Source: Acidimicrobiaceae bacterium (GTDB taxonomy: Bacteria > Actinomycetota > Acidimicrobiia > Acidimicrobiales > Bog-793). Taken from it: DNA of 64,000 nt. Shown here piece by piece: positions 36,103-44,667 of this stretch. The notes beneath the pieces were generated by a model. That model saw only the letters and a list, made by a program, of their open reading frames with translations, did no database searches and was not told the origin of the DNA. Every line of letters begins with the position of its first letter. Position 1 is the first letter of the stretch. Made by a program: the position numbers and the translations under genes. The stretch spans positions 25,703 to 89,702 of the forward strand of contig PLKG01000156.1 of the NCBI GenBank assembly GCA_003140595.1. Reading direction: 5' to 3'.

Positions 36103-37205
36103 TGCCGCGCCATATGAGCGGTCGACCAGCCAAGTCGGGACTGCTTCTGACGCTCGGAGATCACCGCGTCGATCGCCGTGGCTTGGAAATGTCTCAACGA
36201 GTGCAGATGCAACTCGGAGGCCACGCCAGCCGCCTTTCGAGCCTTGGCAAAGGCATGCGAGAGCGTGTCGGGGTGCATGGGTGCAGTGCCGCCTGGTTCC
36301 ATCGACAAGATGAAGCCGCTCTCGAGGAGTCGGACTTCGGCGATCCGAGCGAGCTCTGTTTGCGCAAAGCGGAGCTGTTCGAGCACTTCCAAGGTCCCGG
36401 CGTCAATCGCAATCCGGCGGATGCTCGCCCTCGTCTTCGGCGCCTTCGACGCAGCGCCTTGCGGAGCGGCGATGACGGACTCGTTTATGGAGAGCGTTGC
36501 CTCCGCCACATCGAGGTCCGACCAACGAAGCGCGCACGCCTCTCCCCGTCTCATACCGGTGGCGGCAATGACGACCAGCCCAGACCGGTATCGGATGTCG
36601 AGGGATTCGCTTGCGCGCAATATCGCGAGGACCTCGTCCAGCCTCGGTGCACGGACCGGCTCGGGCAACTCGGCACGGGTGAAGACCGGAAGCTCGGTGT
36701 CGGTCACAGGGTTGGACAGCGTGTTCCCGCTCCACTTGCGCGCAAGACGGCAGGCCCGGTGGAGGACCGAGCGCGAGTACCGAATGGTCTCGCGTCCGAC
36801 CCCGTCCGCCTTCAGCTTCCGGAAGAACCGCTCGACGTCATAGGGCCCGACCGACTCGATCCGCCGACAGCCGATCGTGTCACGGATGTGGACACGCCAG
36901 ATGCTCTCGTAGCGTTGGGCAGTGGTGGGGCTCAGATCCTGCCAGCCGTTCTCCCGCCAGCCGGCGATGGCGTCGTTGAACGTGGTCGTTGGGCCCCACT
37001 GGCGCTGGGCGTCGTCAGGTACTCGAGCAGGCGCCTGGTCCTGCTTCACGATCAGCCGCGCGAGCTCCTTCTCAGCCGCTCGCCGCGACCCACGGAACAG
37101 GCGGCTCTGGTGGCGGACATGCCCCGAGCCGTCACGGCCGAGGAACACTCGGAGCTCCCAGGCGTCGGGACCTCGATCTGGACGAGCACGCATGCTCCCG
37201 GACAT
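36009..37205 (-). CDS. int: Tyrosine recombinase / phage-type integrase
   Basis: Catalytic-region motifs GMRRGEACALRW, HSLRHFQAT and AHMARHYT (R..HxxR..Y). It lies directly adjacent to tRNA-Thr. The start at 37205 is preferred, so that the TGTTGGGACA repeats fall upstream of the gene. Confidence 0.9.
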   Translation of the reverse strand: MSGSMRARPDRGPDAWELRVFLGRDGSGHVRHQSRLFRGSRRAAEKELARLIVKQDQAPARVPDDAQRQWGPTTTFNDAIAGWRENGWQDLSPTTAQRYESIWRVHIRDTIGCRRIESVGPYDVERFFRKLKADGVGRETIRYSRSVLHRACRLARKWSGNTLSNPVTDTELPVFTRAELPEPVRAPRLDEVLAILRASESLDIRYRSGLVVIAATGMRRGEACALRWSDLDVAEATLSINESVIAAPQGAASKAPKTRASIRRIAIDAGTLEVLEQLRFAQTELARIAEVRLLESGFILSMEPGGTAPMHPDTLSHAFAKARKAAGVASELHLHSLRHFQATAIDAVISERQKQSRLGWSTAHMARHYTAAVGEEDRRAAEHIGRLLTGRGDPQPEQ

Positions 37206-37224
37206 CGGCCATCTCTCCAAATCC

Positions 37225-37258
37225 TGTCCCCGCGGATGTTGGGACAACTGTTGGGACA
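37225..37258 (+). promoter_or_regulatory. Cluster of GGGACA motifs (TGTCCC-n-TGTTGGGACA-ac-TGTTGGGACA), candidate integrase arm-type or int promoter sites
   Basis: Two direct 10-mers at 37237-37246 and 37249-37258, plus an inverted half-site at 37225-37230. The same 10-mer occurs at 30789-30798 near the other end of the element. Confidence 0.45.
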
Positions 37259-37314
37259 AAGCCTAGTCGAGAGGCGGTCGCCAAGCTCCAACGCGTCTAC
37301 AAGGGCTTATTCGG

Positions 37315-37386
37315 AGCCCGAGATGGGATTCGAACCCATGACCTGCGCATTACGAGTGCGCTGCTCTACCACTGAGCTACCCGGGC
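37315..37386 (-). tRNA. tRNA-Thr: tRNA-Thr (anticodon CGU)
   Basis: The reverse complement folds as a cloverleaf: acceptor GCCCGGG/CTCGGGC, D arm GCTC-AGTGGTA-GAGC, anticodon arm GCGCA-CTCGTAA-TGCGC, T arm ATGGG-TTCGAAT-CCCAT. It is 72 nt long, and CCA is not encoded. Confidence 0.93.
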
Positions 37387-37509
37387 GACTATTGATCGCC
37401 TATCGCCAGGATCTGCTAGTAGCGCTCCGGCCCTGGCCTGGTCATAGTAGGCGAAAGCCCGCCCGTCGGGACACTATGGCGCCGAGGCTCGCTGGGTCGT
37501 AGTGAGTGG

Positions 37510-38394
37510 TCAGAACGCTCGGCGGCGGTATCGGCGGACCGAGACCGGTGCCAGAACCGCGAGGATCCCGAGTGACCACACAATTGCCCAGAAGACAGTG
37601 GAGTTCATTGGACCATTGCTGACGATCGAGGTGAAGGGCGGGAAGACAAGGTCCGGCTTCGGCAATCCCGACATGAGGTCGCGCGCCGCGTTGCAGACGA
37701 CTGACACCGGCTGATGCTTTGCGAAGCCCTGTAACCACCCCGGCATTGTCTGCAACGGGACGAAGGCTGAGGACGCAAAGGTGAGTGGGAACAGCACGGG
37801 AAACGACATCAACTGCGCCGTTTCGCTGTTAGGGGCGGAGAGGCCTACGAACGCGAACCCCCAACTGAGCGCGTAGGCGAACAACAGGAGGAGCAGAATC
37901 CCCGCGAGGTACTCTCCGACGTTGGTCCCGATGCGGTAGCCCACCGCGTACCCGACGGCGGTCATGAGGGCCATCACGAACAGGTTTCGGAACAGGTCAG
38001 CAGTCGTCCGGCCGGCGAGCACAGCCCACCGTGACATCGGGAGTGCCCGGAACCGCTCGATAAGGCCCTTCTGCAGGTCCTCGGCGAGGCCGATGGACGT
38101 GCCGATCGATCCGAAGGCCACTGTCTGAACGAAGATACCCGGCATGAGGAACTGCACATAGTGGTACCCCGGGGTCGGGATCGCGCCCCCGAACACGTAC
38201 CGGAACAACAGGACGAACATGATCGGCTGCACACTCGAGAAGAAGACGGCCTCCGGCACCCGCGTGTATCCAATGAGGTTGCGCTTGGTCATCGTCCACA
38301 TGTCAGCGATCGCCCAGTAGAGCCGACCGCCCGAAGGTGATGAGCCGACGGCAGGGGAGCCGGGTGTCGGGATCTTGGTAGTGGTCGCACTCAT
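37510..38394 (-). CDS. ABC-2 type exporter permease (DrrB-like)
   Basis: 294 aa, about 6 TM helices. The ATGA overlap with the upstream ATPase gene is typical of the DrrAB arrangement. Confidence 0.75.
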   Translation of the reverse strand: MSATTTKIPTPGSPAVGSSPSGGRLYWAIADMWTMTKRNLIGYTRVPEAVFFSSVQPIMFVLLFRYVFGGAIPTPGYHYVQFLMPGIFVQTVAFGSIGTSIGLAEDLQKGLIERFRALPMSRWAVLAGRTTADLFRNLFVMALMTAVGYAVGYRIGTNVGEYLAGILLLLLFAYALSWGFAFVGLSAPNSETAQLMSFPVLFPLTFASSAFVPLQTMPGWLQGFAKHQPVSVVCNAARDLMSGLPKPDLVFPPFTSIVSNGPMNSTVFWAIVWSLGILAVLAPVSVRRYRRRAF

Positions 38395-39407
38395 CAGTTT
38401 CGGCCCCTCCTGTGTCTTTGCCGGTGTCCGCCAGGGCCTGGGAGACTTTCCACTCCTTCGGCTAGCTCGGCTTCGGCACGATGTCCGGTCAGAGAAAGGA
38501 ACACATCATCGAGGCTCGGCTCACGCAAGGCGAGCGTCGTCGGGGCGATGCCTTCTGCCTCGAGAATTCGCAGCGCTTCGGTGACGATGCGGGGGCCGTC
38601 GTTCACGTTGACCTCCACTGTGCGGCCGTAGACAAGCGGGGCCTTCTCGTTGACCGTCCTGAGCGCCTCGGCAGCGCGAAGAGCGGTCCTTTCGTCTTCA
38701 AGACCGAGGTCGAGAACGGTCACGCCCATGTTCGCCTTCAAGGTGGCGGGAGTTCCAGCAGCGATGACCTTGCCGTGGTTGATCACCACCAGGTGTTCGG
38801 CGAGCCGGTCGGCTTCCTCAAGGTACTGAGTCGTGAGCAGCACCGTTGTCCCTTCGGCAACGAGACTTTCGATCATCGTCCATACATCGACTCGGCTCGC
38901 CGGATCCAGGCCTGTTGTCGGCTCGTCGAGGAAGAGCACTCTCGGGTGGGCGACGAGCGACGCGGCGACGTCGAGACGCCTGCGCATCCCTCCGGAGTAC
39001 GTCTTGGTCGGCCGGTTTGCCGCGTCGGTGAGACCGAACTGCTCGAGCAGCGACGAGGAGCGTTCCTTGAGCTGCGTCTTGGACATGTGGTTGAGCCTGC
39101 CCACCATCGAGAGGTTTTCCGCGCCGGTGAGGTTCTCGTCGACCGCGGCGAACTGACCGGCGAGCCCGATGAGGCTGCGTACGACACCTGGCTCGGAGGT
39201 GACGTCGTGACCGAGCACTCGCGCGACTCCGCTGTCAGGCTCGAGCACCGTAGTGAGGATCCGGACGGCGGTGGTCTTGCCAGCTCCGTTGGGACCAAGC
39301 AGCCCGAAGATCGTGCCGGGTTCCACGCTGAAGCTGACTCCGTCAAGCGCCCGCACGGTATGGCCGAAGGTCTTGTGCAGGTCCTCGAGCTCAATGGCGA
39401 GTGTCAT
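38394..39407 (-). CDS. ABC exporter ATP-binding protein (DrrA-like)
   Basis: The start at 39407 follows AAGGAG. Walker A GLLGPNGAGKTT, signature YSGGMRRRL, Walker B LFLDEPTTGLD, plus a C-terminal extension typical of the DrrA family. Confidence 0.85.
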   Translation of the reverse strand: MTLAIELEDLHKTFGHTVRALDGVSFSVEPGTIFGLLGPNGAGKTTAVRILTTVLEPDSGVARVLGHDVTSEPGVVRSLIGLAGQFAAVDENLTGAENLSMVGRLNHMSKTQLKERSSSLLEQFGLTDAANRPTKTYSGGMRRRLDVAASLVAHPRVLFLDEPTTGLDPASRVDVWTMIESLVAEGTTVLLTTQYLEEADRLAEHLVVINHGKVIAAGTPATLKANMGVTVLDLGLEDERTALRAAEALRTVNEKAPLVYGRTVEVNVNDGPRIVTEALRILEAEGIAPTTLALREPSLDDVFLSLTGHRAEAELAEGVESLPGPGGHRQRHRRGRN

Positions 39408-39506
39408 GCGGATCTCCTTGCGAGCGCCTACACATGCGCTCACGCGACGGACGGCTAAGAAGTTGTATAATTTAGCTATCAAATATTTTAGCAGCTAAGG
39501 TAGATC
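39408..39506. promoter_or_regulatory. AT-rich divergent promoter/operator region between the ABC exporter and marR-type genes
   Basis: It contains a perfect TGTATAAT (extended -10, 39464-39471) on the + strand and the inverted repeat TTAGCT-N15-AGCTAA (39472-39498). Confidence 0.55.
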
Positions 39507-40130
39507 ATGAGCAACGAGAAACGCAAGCGCAGCCTCGAGGAGTTGCCCCAGGCGTTGCGGGCTTTCCTGCACGCGTCCGATGCCTTCGACGAGGCGTTGG
39601 CGAGCGTCCTGGGATTGAACCCTACCGACGTCCGATGTGTGAACCTTCTCGACGAGTACGGGACCATGACTGCTGGTGCTCTTGCAGGCGTGGCGGGACT
39701 CAGCACCGGCGCCGTGACGTTCCTGCTCGATCGCCTCGAGAGCGCTGGATTCGTACGTCGGCTCAGGGACGCACAGGACCGCAGGCGCGTGCTCGTCGAG
39801 CTCGTCCCGATCGCCAGGACTCGGATTGCCGAGCTGCACGCGGGTCTCGCGGAAACATGGCGGGCGTCCGCGCAGCGGCTTTCGTCGTCCGACCTCGAGA
39901 GCATCATCGACTTCCTGCGAGAAGGAGCCAAGCTCTACCAATCGCAAGTGCCGGTCCTGTGTTCGCAAATCCCCGCCGGGTCTGTTTCGGGTGCGTCTTC
40001 GGGCAGAGCGGCCATCAAGGCGGCGGTGAAGGCGCAAGCGAAGGCTGAGGCGATGGAGAAACTGGAGCAGACCGCTCGCAAGCTTCAAGCGAAGGCGAAC
40101 GAGCTGCACAAGAAGGCGGGGCGTATCTAG
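39507..40130 (+). CDS. MarR-family transcriptional regulator with a Lys/Ala-rich C-terminal tail
   Basis: wHTH segment: MTAGALAGVAGLSTGAVTFLLDRLESAGFVRRLRDAQDRRRVLVEL. It is divergent from the exporter operon. Confidence 0.8.
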   Translation: MSNEKRKRSLEELPQALRAFLHASDAFDEALASVLGLNPTDVRCVNLLDEYGTMTAGALAGVAGLSTGAVTFLLDRLESAGFVRRLRDAQDRRRVLVELVPIARTRIAELHAGLAETWRASAQRLSSSDLESIIDFLREGAKLYQSQVPVLCSQIPAGSVSGASSGRAAIKAAVKAQAKAEAMEKLEQTARKLQAKANELHKKAGRI

Positions 40131-40160
40131 TTCCAGGAGCGACCTCTCCCGTCGGAGGGC

Positions 40161-40826
40161 TCAGTAGTTGAGCGGGTGGCCGGCTGCCAGATTGGAGAAC
40201 AGGGCGACGAGCTCCGCGCGGGGCACCTTGCCGAGCACCTCACCCAAGATGTTGCCGCCTGCACTGACAAAGACCGTGGCCGGCAGGTCACCGACGCCGA
40301 AGCGGGTCGCCAAGGCGATGCTCGCGATGCCGGGTGCCTCCGCCACGGGATACTTCGCCCCGGCACGACGTACCATCGCGAGAGCGGCCGCAGGCGACGG
40401 ATCATTGACATCGACCCCGAGAAAGTGGATCCGCGCCCGCTCGGTGTCGGCGACCGAGGCGAATGTCCCGAGCTCTGCCTGACAGGCGACGCAGGTCGAC
40501 TGGAACCAGTTGACCACGGCTGGACCCTTGCCGAGCACTTCCGAAGTGATCCTCGCACCATTGCCGAGGCGGCCGAGATCGAACCCCGGGGCCTTGGCCG
40601 GCGACGGGTAGAGAACGAGGTTCGCGTATTTCGGTGTCGGCGTCCCGCGGGAGATCACCGTTGCGTATGCGACGAACCCGGCGCCAGCGAGTACCAGCGC
40701 GATGAGACCGACAGCGGTAGCGTGATTGCGGCCTTGGGCGGCATTGTTCTGCCGAGGCGAGGCTGATCGCCCGGCGGCCCGGTCACCGGGCGTGTCTACC
40801 CCCCCGGGTCGACTTTGACGGCCCAT
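40161..40826 (-). CDS. Membrane-anchored TlpA/ResA-like thiol:disulfide oxidoreductase
   Basis: An N-terminal TM helix precedes a thioredoxin-fold region with the motif WFQSTCVACQAE (CxxC). Confidence 0.75.
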   Translation of the reverse strand: MGRQSRPGGVDTPGDRAAGRSASPRQNNAAQGRNHATAVGLIALVLAGAGFVAYATVISRGTPTPKYANLVLYPSPAKAPGFDLGRLGNGARITSEVLGKGPAVVNWFQSTCVACQAELGTFASVADTERARIHFLGVDVNDPSPAAALAMVRRAGAKYPVAEAPGIASIALATRFGVGDLPATVFVSAGGNILGEVLGKVPRAELVALFSNLAAGHPLNY

Positions 40827-40945
40827 CGCCGCATGGTACTTCCGCGGTTGGCGGCACAGGCATTCGGGATCTGGGCTCCGCGACCTTTATTGTGGCGTTG
40901 CCGCCATCGAGAGGCGGCTCGGGGGGTCGAGAGAGGAGGCAGGCG

Positions 40946-42388
40946 ATGAGCGTCTTGGCCGTCGATGTAGGGACGAGTGGCGTCCGTGCTGCCATCGTGC
41001 GGCCCGATTCCTCGGTCGAGAACGTCCACCATCTGCAGGTGCTGCCGAGCTCGCCCTTGCAAGGCTTCGTCGAGTTCGACGCGGCCGAGATCGCCCGCGC
41101 CGTTCTCGATGTGTCGACAGCTGCGCTGGCCGGAGGCGAAAGAGTCGACGCCGTCGGGATCAGCAGCCAGCGGGCATCCACAGTCCTTTGGGACCGCGCG
41201 ACGGGTGACCCGGTCGGGCCGGGCATCGGCTGGCAAGACCTCCGCACCGTGGGCTATTGCCTGGCGCTCCAGGCACAGGGGATCCGTCTCGCACCCAATC
41301 AGAGCGCGACCAAGCTGGCCGTGCTGCTCGACATCTCCGATCCAGACCGGTCACGTGACCTGTGCGCGGGTACCGTCGACAGCTGGGTCGCCTGGACGCT
41401 TTCGCGTGGCAGCCTGCATGTGTCGGACCGGAGCAACCTCGCCGTCACCGGACTACTTGACGGCAATGCTGCGGAATGGGACGACGTAGTGCTCGAGGCG
41501 TTGCGCATCCCGCACGAGGTCCTTCCGTATCCAGTGGACTCTCTCGGTGTGCTTGGCGAGGCGAGCGCGTTGCCGGGCGCGCCGCTGATCGCAGGCCTTG
41601 CCGGTGATCAGCAGGCCTCGCTGGTCGGTCAGGGCTGTGTCAGGCCCGGGCTTGCCAAGGCGACTTTCGGCACCGGGGCGATGCTCGACCTATGCGTCGG
41701 CGACGATCGGCCGGACTTCCCCAGGCGTGGGCCTGGTGGGACCTTCCCGATCGTGGCCTGGAGTCAGGGCGGAAACATCACTTGGGGGATCGAGGCGATC
41801 ATGATGTCGGCCGGAAGTTGCGTGGAGTGGCTGAGAGACGATCTCAAAATCGTGTCCTCGGTCGCCGAATCGGACGGGCTGGCCGCCTCGTGCTCAGACT
41901 CGGGTGGCGTCTGGTTCGTGCCCGCGCTACTTGGTCTCGGCACGCCGCTGTGGGACTACGGTGCCCGCGGCACGTTGTTGGGCCTCACGCGGGGATCAGG
42001 CAGGGCCGAAATAGCGCGCGCGGTACTGGAGGGGATCGCGCACCGGGGCGCCGACCTTCTCGAAGCGGCAGAGACGGACTCAGGCCTCTCGATCGGCGCG
42101 CTTCGGGTTGACGGCGGCATGAGCGCGAACCGGACTTTCACCCAGGCGCTCGCTAATGCCATCGGCCGGCCCGTCGAGACGTCCGCGGTCACCGAGGCGA
42201 CAACGATCGGCGCCGCATACCTGGCCGGCGTCGCGGTCGGCACCTGGGCGAGCCTCGAGGAAGCGGCGGCGGAGCTTCAGCCGAGGGCTGTGATCGAGCC
42301 CAAGAGGCGCGTCGACCGCCAGCGCTGGCTCGAAGCCCGCGACCGGGCGCTGCGAACAGTTCCGGAGCTGTCTGACCTCGACTTCTGA
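40946..42388 (+). CDS. FGGY-family carbohydrate kinase (glycerol/xylulose kinase-like)
   Basis: The ATG follows GAGAGGAGG. The N-terminus reads LAVDVGTSGVRAA, with GDQQASLVGQG and a C-terminal VDGGMSAN motif. Substrate is not assignable. Confidence 0.75.
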   Translation: MSVLAVDVGTSGVRAAIVRPDSSVENVHHLQVLPSSPLQGFVEFDAAEIARAVLDVSTAALAGGERVDAVGISSQRASTVLWDRATGDPVGPGIGWQDLRTVGYCLALQAQGIRLAPNQSATKLAVLLDISDPDRSRDLCAGTVDSWVAWTLSRGSLHVSDRSNLAVTGLLDGNAAEWDDVVLEALRIPHEVLPYPVDSLGVLGEASALPGAPLIAGLAGDQQASLVGQGCVRPGLAKATFGTGAMLDLCVGDDRPDFPRRGPGGTFPIVAWSQGGNITWGIEAIMMSAGSCVEWLRDDLKIVSSVAESDGLAASCSDSGGVWFVPALLGLGTPLWDYGARGTLLGLTRGSGRAEIARAVLEGIAHRGADLLEAAETDSGLSIGALRVDGGMSANRTFTQALANAIGRPVETSAVTEATTIGAAYLAGVAVGTWASLEEAAAELQPRAVIEPKRRVDRQRWLEARDRALRTVPELSDLDF

Positions 42389-42432
42389 TTCATCGGCTAC
42401 TCGTCGTCTCGGCGCAGTGGTCCACGACAGCC

Positions 42433-43728
42433 TCAGCTGAGGGCGGTTTCCGATCTCGGTCCAGCGTTGTCAGGCCCGCACCCGATCCGTTGTGCACCGT
42501 CTTTAGCCGGTGCAGCCCCGTTGGCAGACGTGTCCCCGAATTGGGAGGCGGTTTCGACACCGGCTGCAGCTCGCGCCGCTGACCCGTCTTCGCCCTGGGC
42601 CCTGGCGCGTGCCGCGCCCCTGCGTTGCTTGCGGCGCTCGTTCCGCAGGCCAGGGCGGAACAAGGTAAATAGCAGCAGACCCAAGACGATCGCGGCAAAC
42701 GGGATTATGGCGTTCGACTCGGGAGCGAACAGTGGGAACAGGACGAAGCCGGAAAGCGCGGCGGTCCAGGTCCACAGGATCACAACCGTCCGGCGAGGGC
42801 CGTGCCCGAGCCTCACGAGTCGGTGGTGAACGTGGTCGGTGTCCGGGGTGTCGATGCTTGTGCCCTTGGCCATCCTTCGGACATATGCGAAGGCCATGTC
42901 CGCGATCGGCACACCGAGGATGAACAGCGGGAGGAACAGCGGCGCGTAGAAGAAGTACGTCTGGCCGCTCACACCCTCGGTTCGGCCCCCGATCTCCATG
43001 GTGGCGGCAGCCATCAACAGGCCGAGGAAGAGCGCACCGGCATCACCCATGAACACCCGCGCCGGATTGAAGTTGTGCGGAAGAAAGCCGAGGCAGATTC
43101 CGCAGGTGATCACGGCGATGAGCGGCCCGAGATTCGTGGCCTGCAGAGAACCCAGTTCCACCAGTCGCAACCCGTAGACGGCGAGGGCGCCCGAGGCGAT
43201 GGCGACGATGCCGGCAGCAAGACCGTCGAGGCCGTCGATCAGGTTGATCGCGTTCGTGATGCCGATCACCCAAAGGGCGGTGATCAAGGGGGTGAGGTCC
43301 GTGGAGAGCACCACGGTCCCGGCGAGAGGGATCTTCAGCCAGAACATGGTGGCCCCGAGAAACACGAGCATCATTGCCGCGAGGACCTGGCCTGCCACCT
43401 TGGCCGGGGCAGAGATCTCACGGGCATCGTCGAGGAGCCCTACGCCGAGGATGACCGCGGAGCCGAGAACGATACCGAGAGGCTCCGAGGAACCCTGGAA
43501 GATCTCGCTCAGGTGTCCGACGTGGTCGGCGACGATTATCGCGACGAGGAACGCGAGGAACATCGCGGGACCTCCGCCGTAAGGGATGGCATGGTGGTGG
43601 AGTCGTCGCTCGTCCGGCTCTGCGACGAAGGAAATACGAGCCGCGAAGCGCCGGAGCGGGAAGGTCAGCAGGTAACTGCACACCGCGGCGATTCCTCCGA
43701 CGACGGCATAGTCACCGATCGGCGGCAC
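42433..43728 (-). CDS. Polyprenyl-phosphate N-acetylhexosamine-1-phosphate transferase (MraY/WecA family, GT4)
   Basis: Multi-pass protein with NAINLIDGLDGLAAG, a DAGALFLG-type motif and HHRL. The start is set at the GTG at 43728 to avoid overlapping the upstream lipoprotein gene. The basic C-terminal tail is unusual. Confidence 0.75.
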   Translation of the reverse strand: MPPIGDYAVVGGIAAVCSYLLTFPLRRFAARISFVAEPDERRLHHHAIPYGGGPAMFLAFLVAIIVADHVGHLSEIFQGSSEPLGIVLGSAVILGVGLLDDAREISAPAKVAGQVLAAMMLVFLGATMFWLKIPLAGTVVLSTDLTPLITALWVIGITNAINLIDGLDGLAAGIVAIASGALAVYGLRLVELGSLQATNLGPLIAVITCGICLGFLPHNFNPARVFMGDAGALFLGLLMAAATMEIGGRTEGVSGQTYFFYAPLFLPLFILGVPIADMAFAYVRRMAKGTSIDTPDTDHVHHRLVRLGHGPRRTVVILWTWTAALSGFVLFPLFAPESNAIIPFAAIVLGLLLFTLFRPGLRNERRKQRRGAARARAQGEDGSAARAAAGVETASQFGDTSANGAAPAKDGAQRIGCGPDNAGPRSETALS

Positions 43729-43742
43729 GACTGGCCCTTGAC

Positions 43743-44588
43743 TCAGACCACGACCGGCACGGTCGTGGTCGTTGTGCTCTTGAGGATCGTGGCCAGAGGT
43801 ATCGCCGAAGACGGGGGCGAGACGTGGACGGGCTCTCCCCACTTGCTCACCGCGAGGTTCTCCGCGAAACGGGCCGCGCTCGCCGTCGCGGGCATGACGC
43901 CGCTGAAAGCGACCGGCAGCGACTCGGCTCCTTTGCTCACCTCGAGCTCACCTGTCGCGTGGTCCTTGGCTGTGATCCCATCGCCCACCCAGGCACCGGA
44001 GATCTCGGTCACGGTGCGCCCACCGTCGATGGCGTTGTGCTCCCCGCGAATCGGGGACGAAAGGGCGAGCTCCGACATCACCGAGCCCACGGTGAGAGCG
44101 GCGGCAGTGCTCTGGTAGACCGAGTCGGCAGGTGCGACCGAGACCCACTGGCCGGCCGCGGCGTCAGATTGCCGCGCCGTCAAGTTGATGAGCACCTCGA
44201 TGGCGGCAGCGTCGCCCCGGAAGTATGCCTCTTGGCCATCCAGTTCGATGACCATCGAGGCCTTGGATCCCTGATACGAGACGACGATGGTCTGGGTACC
44301 CGAGGTCTGGTTGACGTCGCCGACAATGGTGGTTGTCAGCCCGTTGCCGACCGATGTACTGACATAGTGCAACGACGGCCGCGATCGCCCGTGACCTAGG
44401 GCCGCCTCCATCGCCTGAGCGGCCGCGTTGTTGCTTCCGGTGACGGGCACGGCCGCGAGCGTGGTCGTTGGCGCTGCAGTGCGGCTCGATGTCGATGTCG
44501 TCGACGACGTGCCCGATGGCGTGCTGGTGCAACCAGATGCTCCGATACCGACGGCAACCACTCCGAGGGCGACGAGCAGTTTGCGCAC
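43743..44588 (-). CDS. Secreted lipoprotein of unknown function
   Basis: Lipobox LVALGVVAVGIGASGC, then a Ser/Thr-rich linker. A GGAGG RBS lies about 10 nt upstream of the GTG start. Confidence 0.7.
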   Translation of the reverse strand: MRKLLVALGVVAVGIGASGCTSTPSGTSSTTSTSSRTAAPTTTLAAVPVTGSNNAAAQAMEAALGHGRSRPSLHYVSTSVGNGLTTTIVGDVNQTSGTQTIVVSYQGSKASMVIELDGQEAYFRGDAAAIEVLINLTARQSDAAAGQWVSVAPADSVYQSTAAALTVGSVMSELALSSPIRGEHNAIDGGRTVTEISGAWVGDGITAKDHATGELEVSKGAESLPVAFSGVMPATASAARFAENLAVSKWGEPVHVSPPSSAIPLATILKSTTTTTVPVVV

Positions 44589-44667
44589 GGTGAGAGGCTA
44601 CCTCCGGGGGCCCGCAGGAACCCCGGCGCCCTTGAGTGCCGATCACCATCCACACGCCGGACGAGGC

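Larger units (their letters stand above)
30619..37356. mobile_element. Integrated element of about 6.7 kb at tRNA-Thr(CGU)
   Basis: It is bounded by the exact 44-bp direct repeat. A tyrosine integrase gene lies next to the intact tRNA, with an Xis-like HTH gene. The element contains a locally AT-rich promoter region and accessory cargo. Confidence 0.9.

Noticed and set aside
36057-37502. 481-aa + strand ORF.
   Set aside because: It is antisense to the integrase, which has clear catalytic motifs, and it reads straight through the tRNA-Thr gene.
38481-39458. 325-aa + strand ORF.
   Set aside because: It is antisense to the DrrA-like ATPase, which has Walker A, Walker B and signature motifs.
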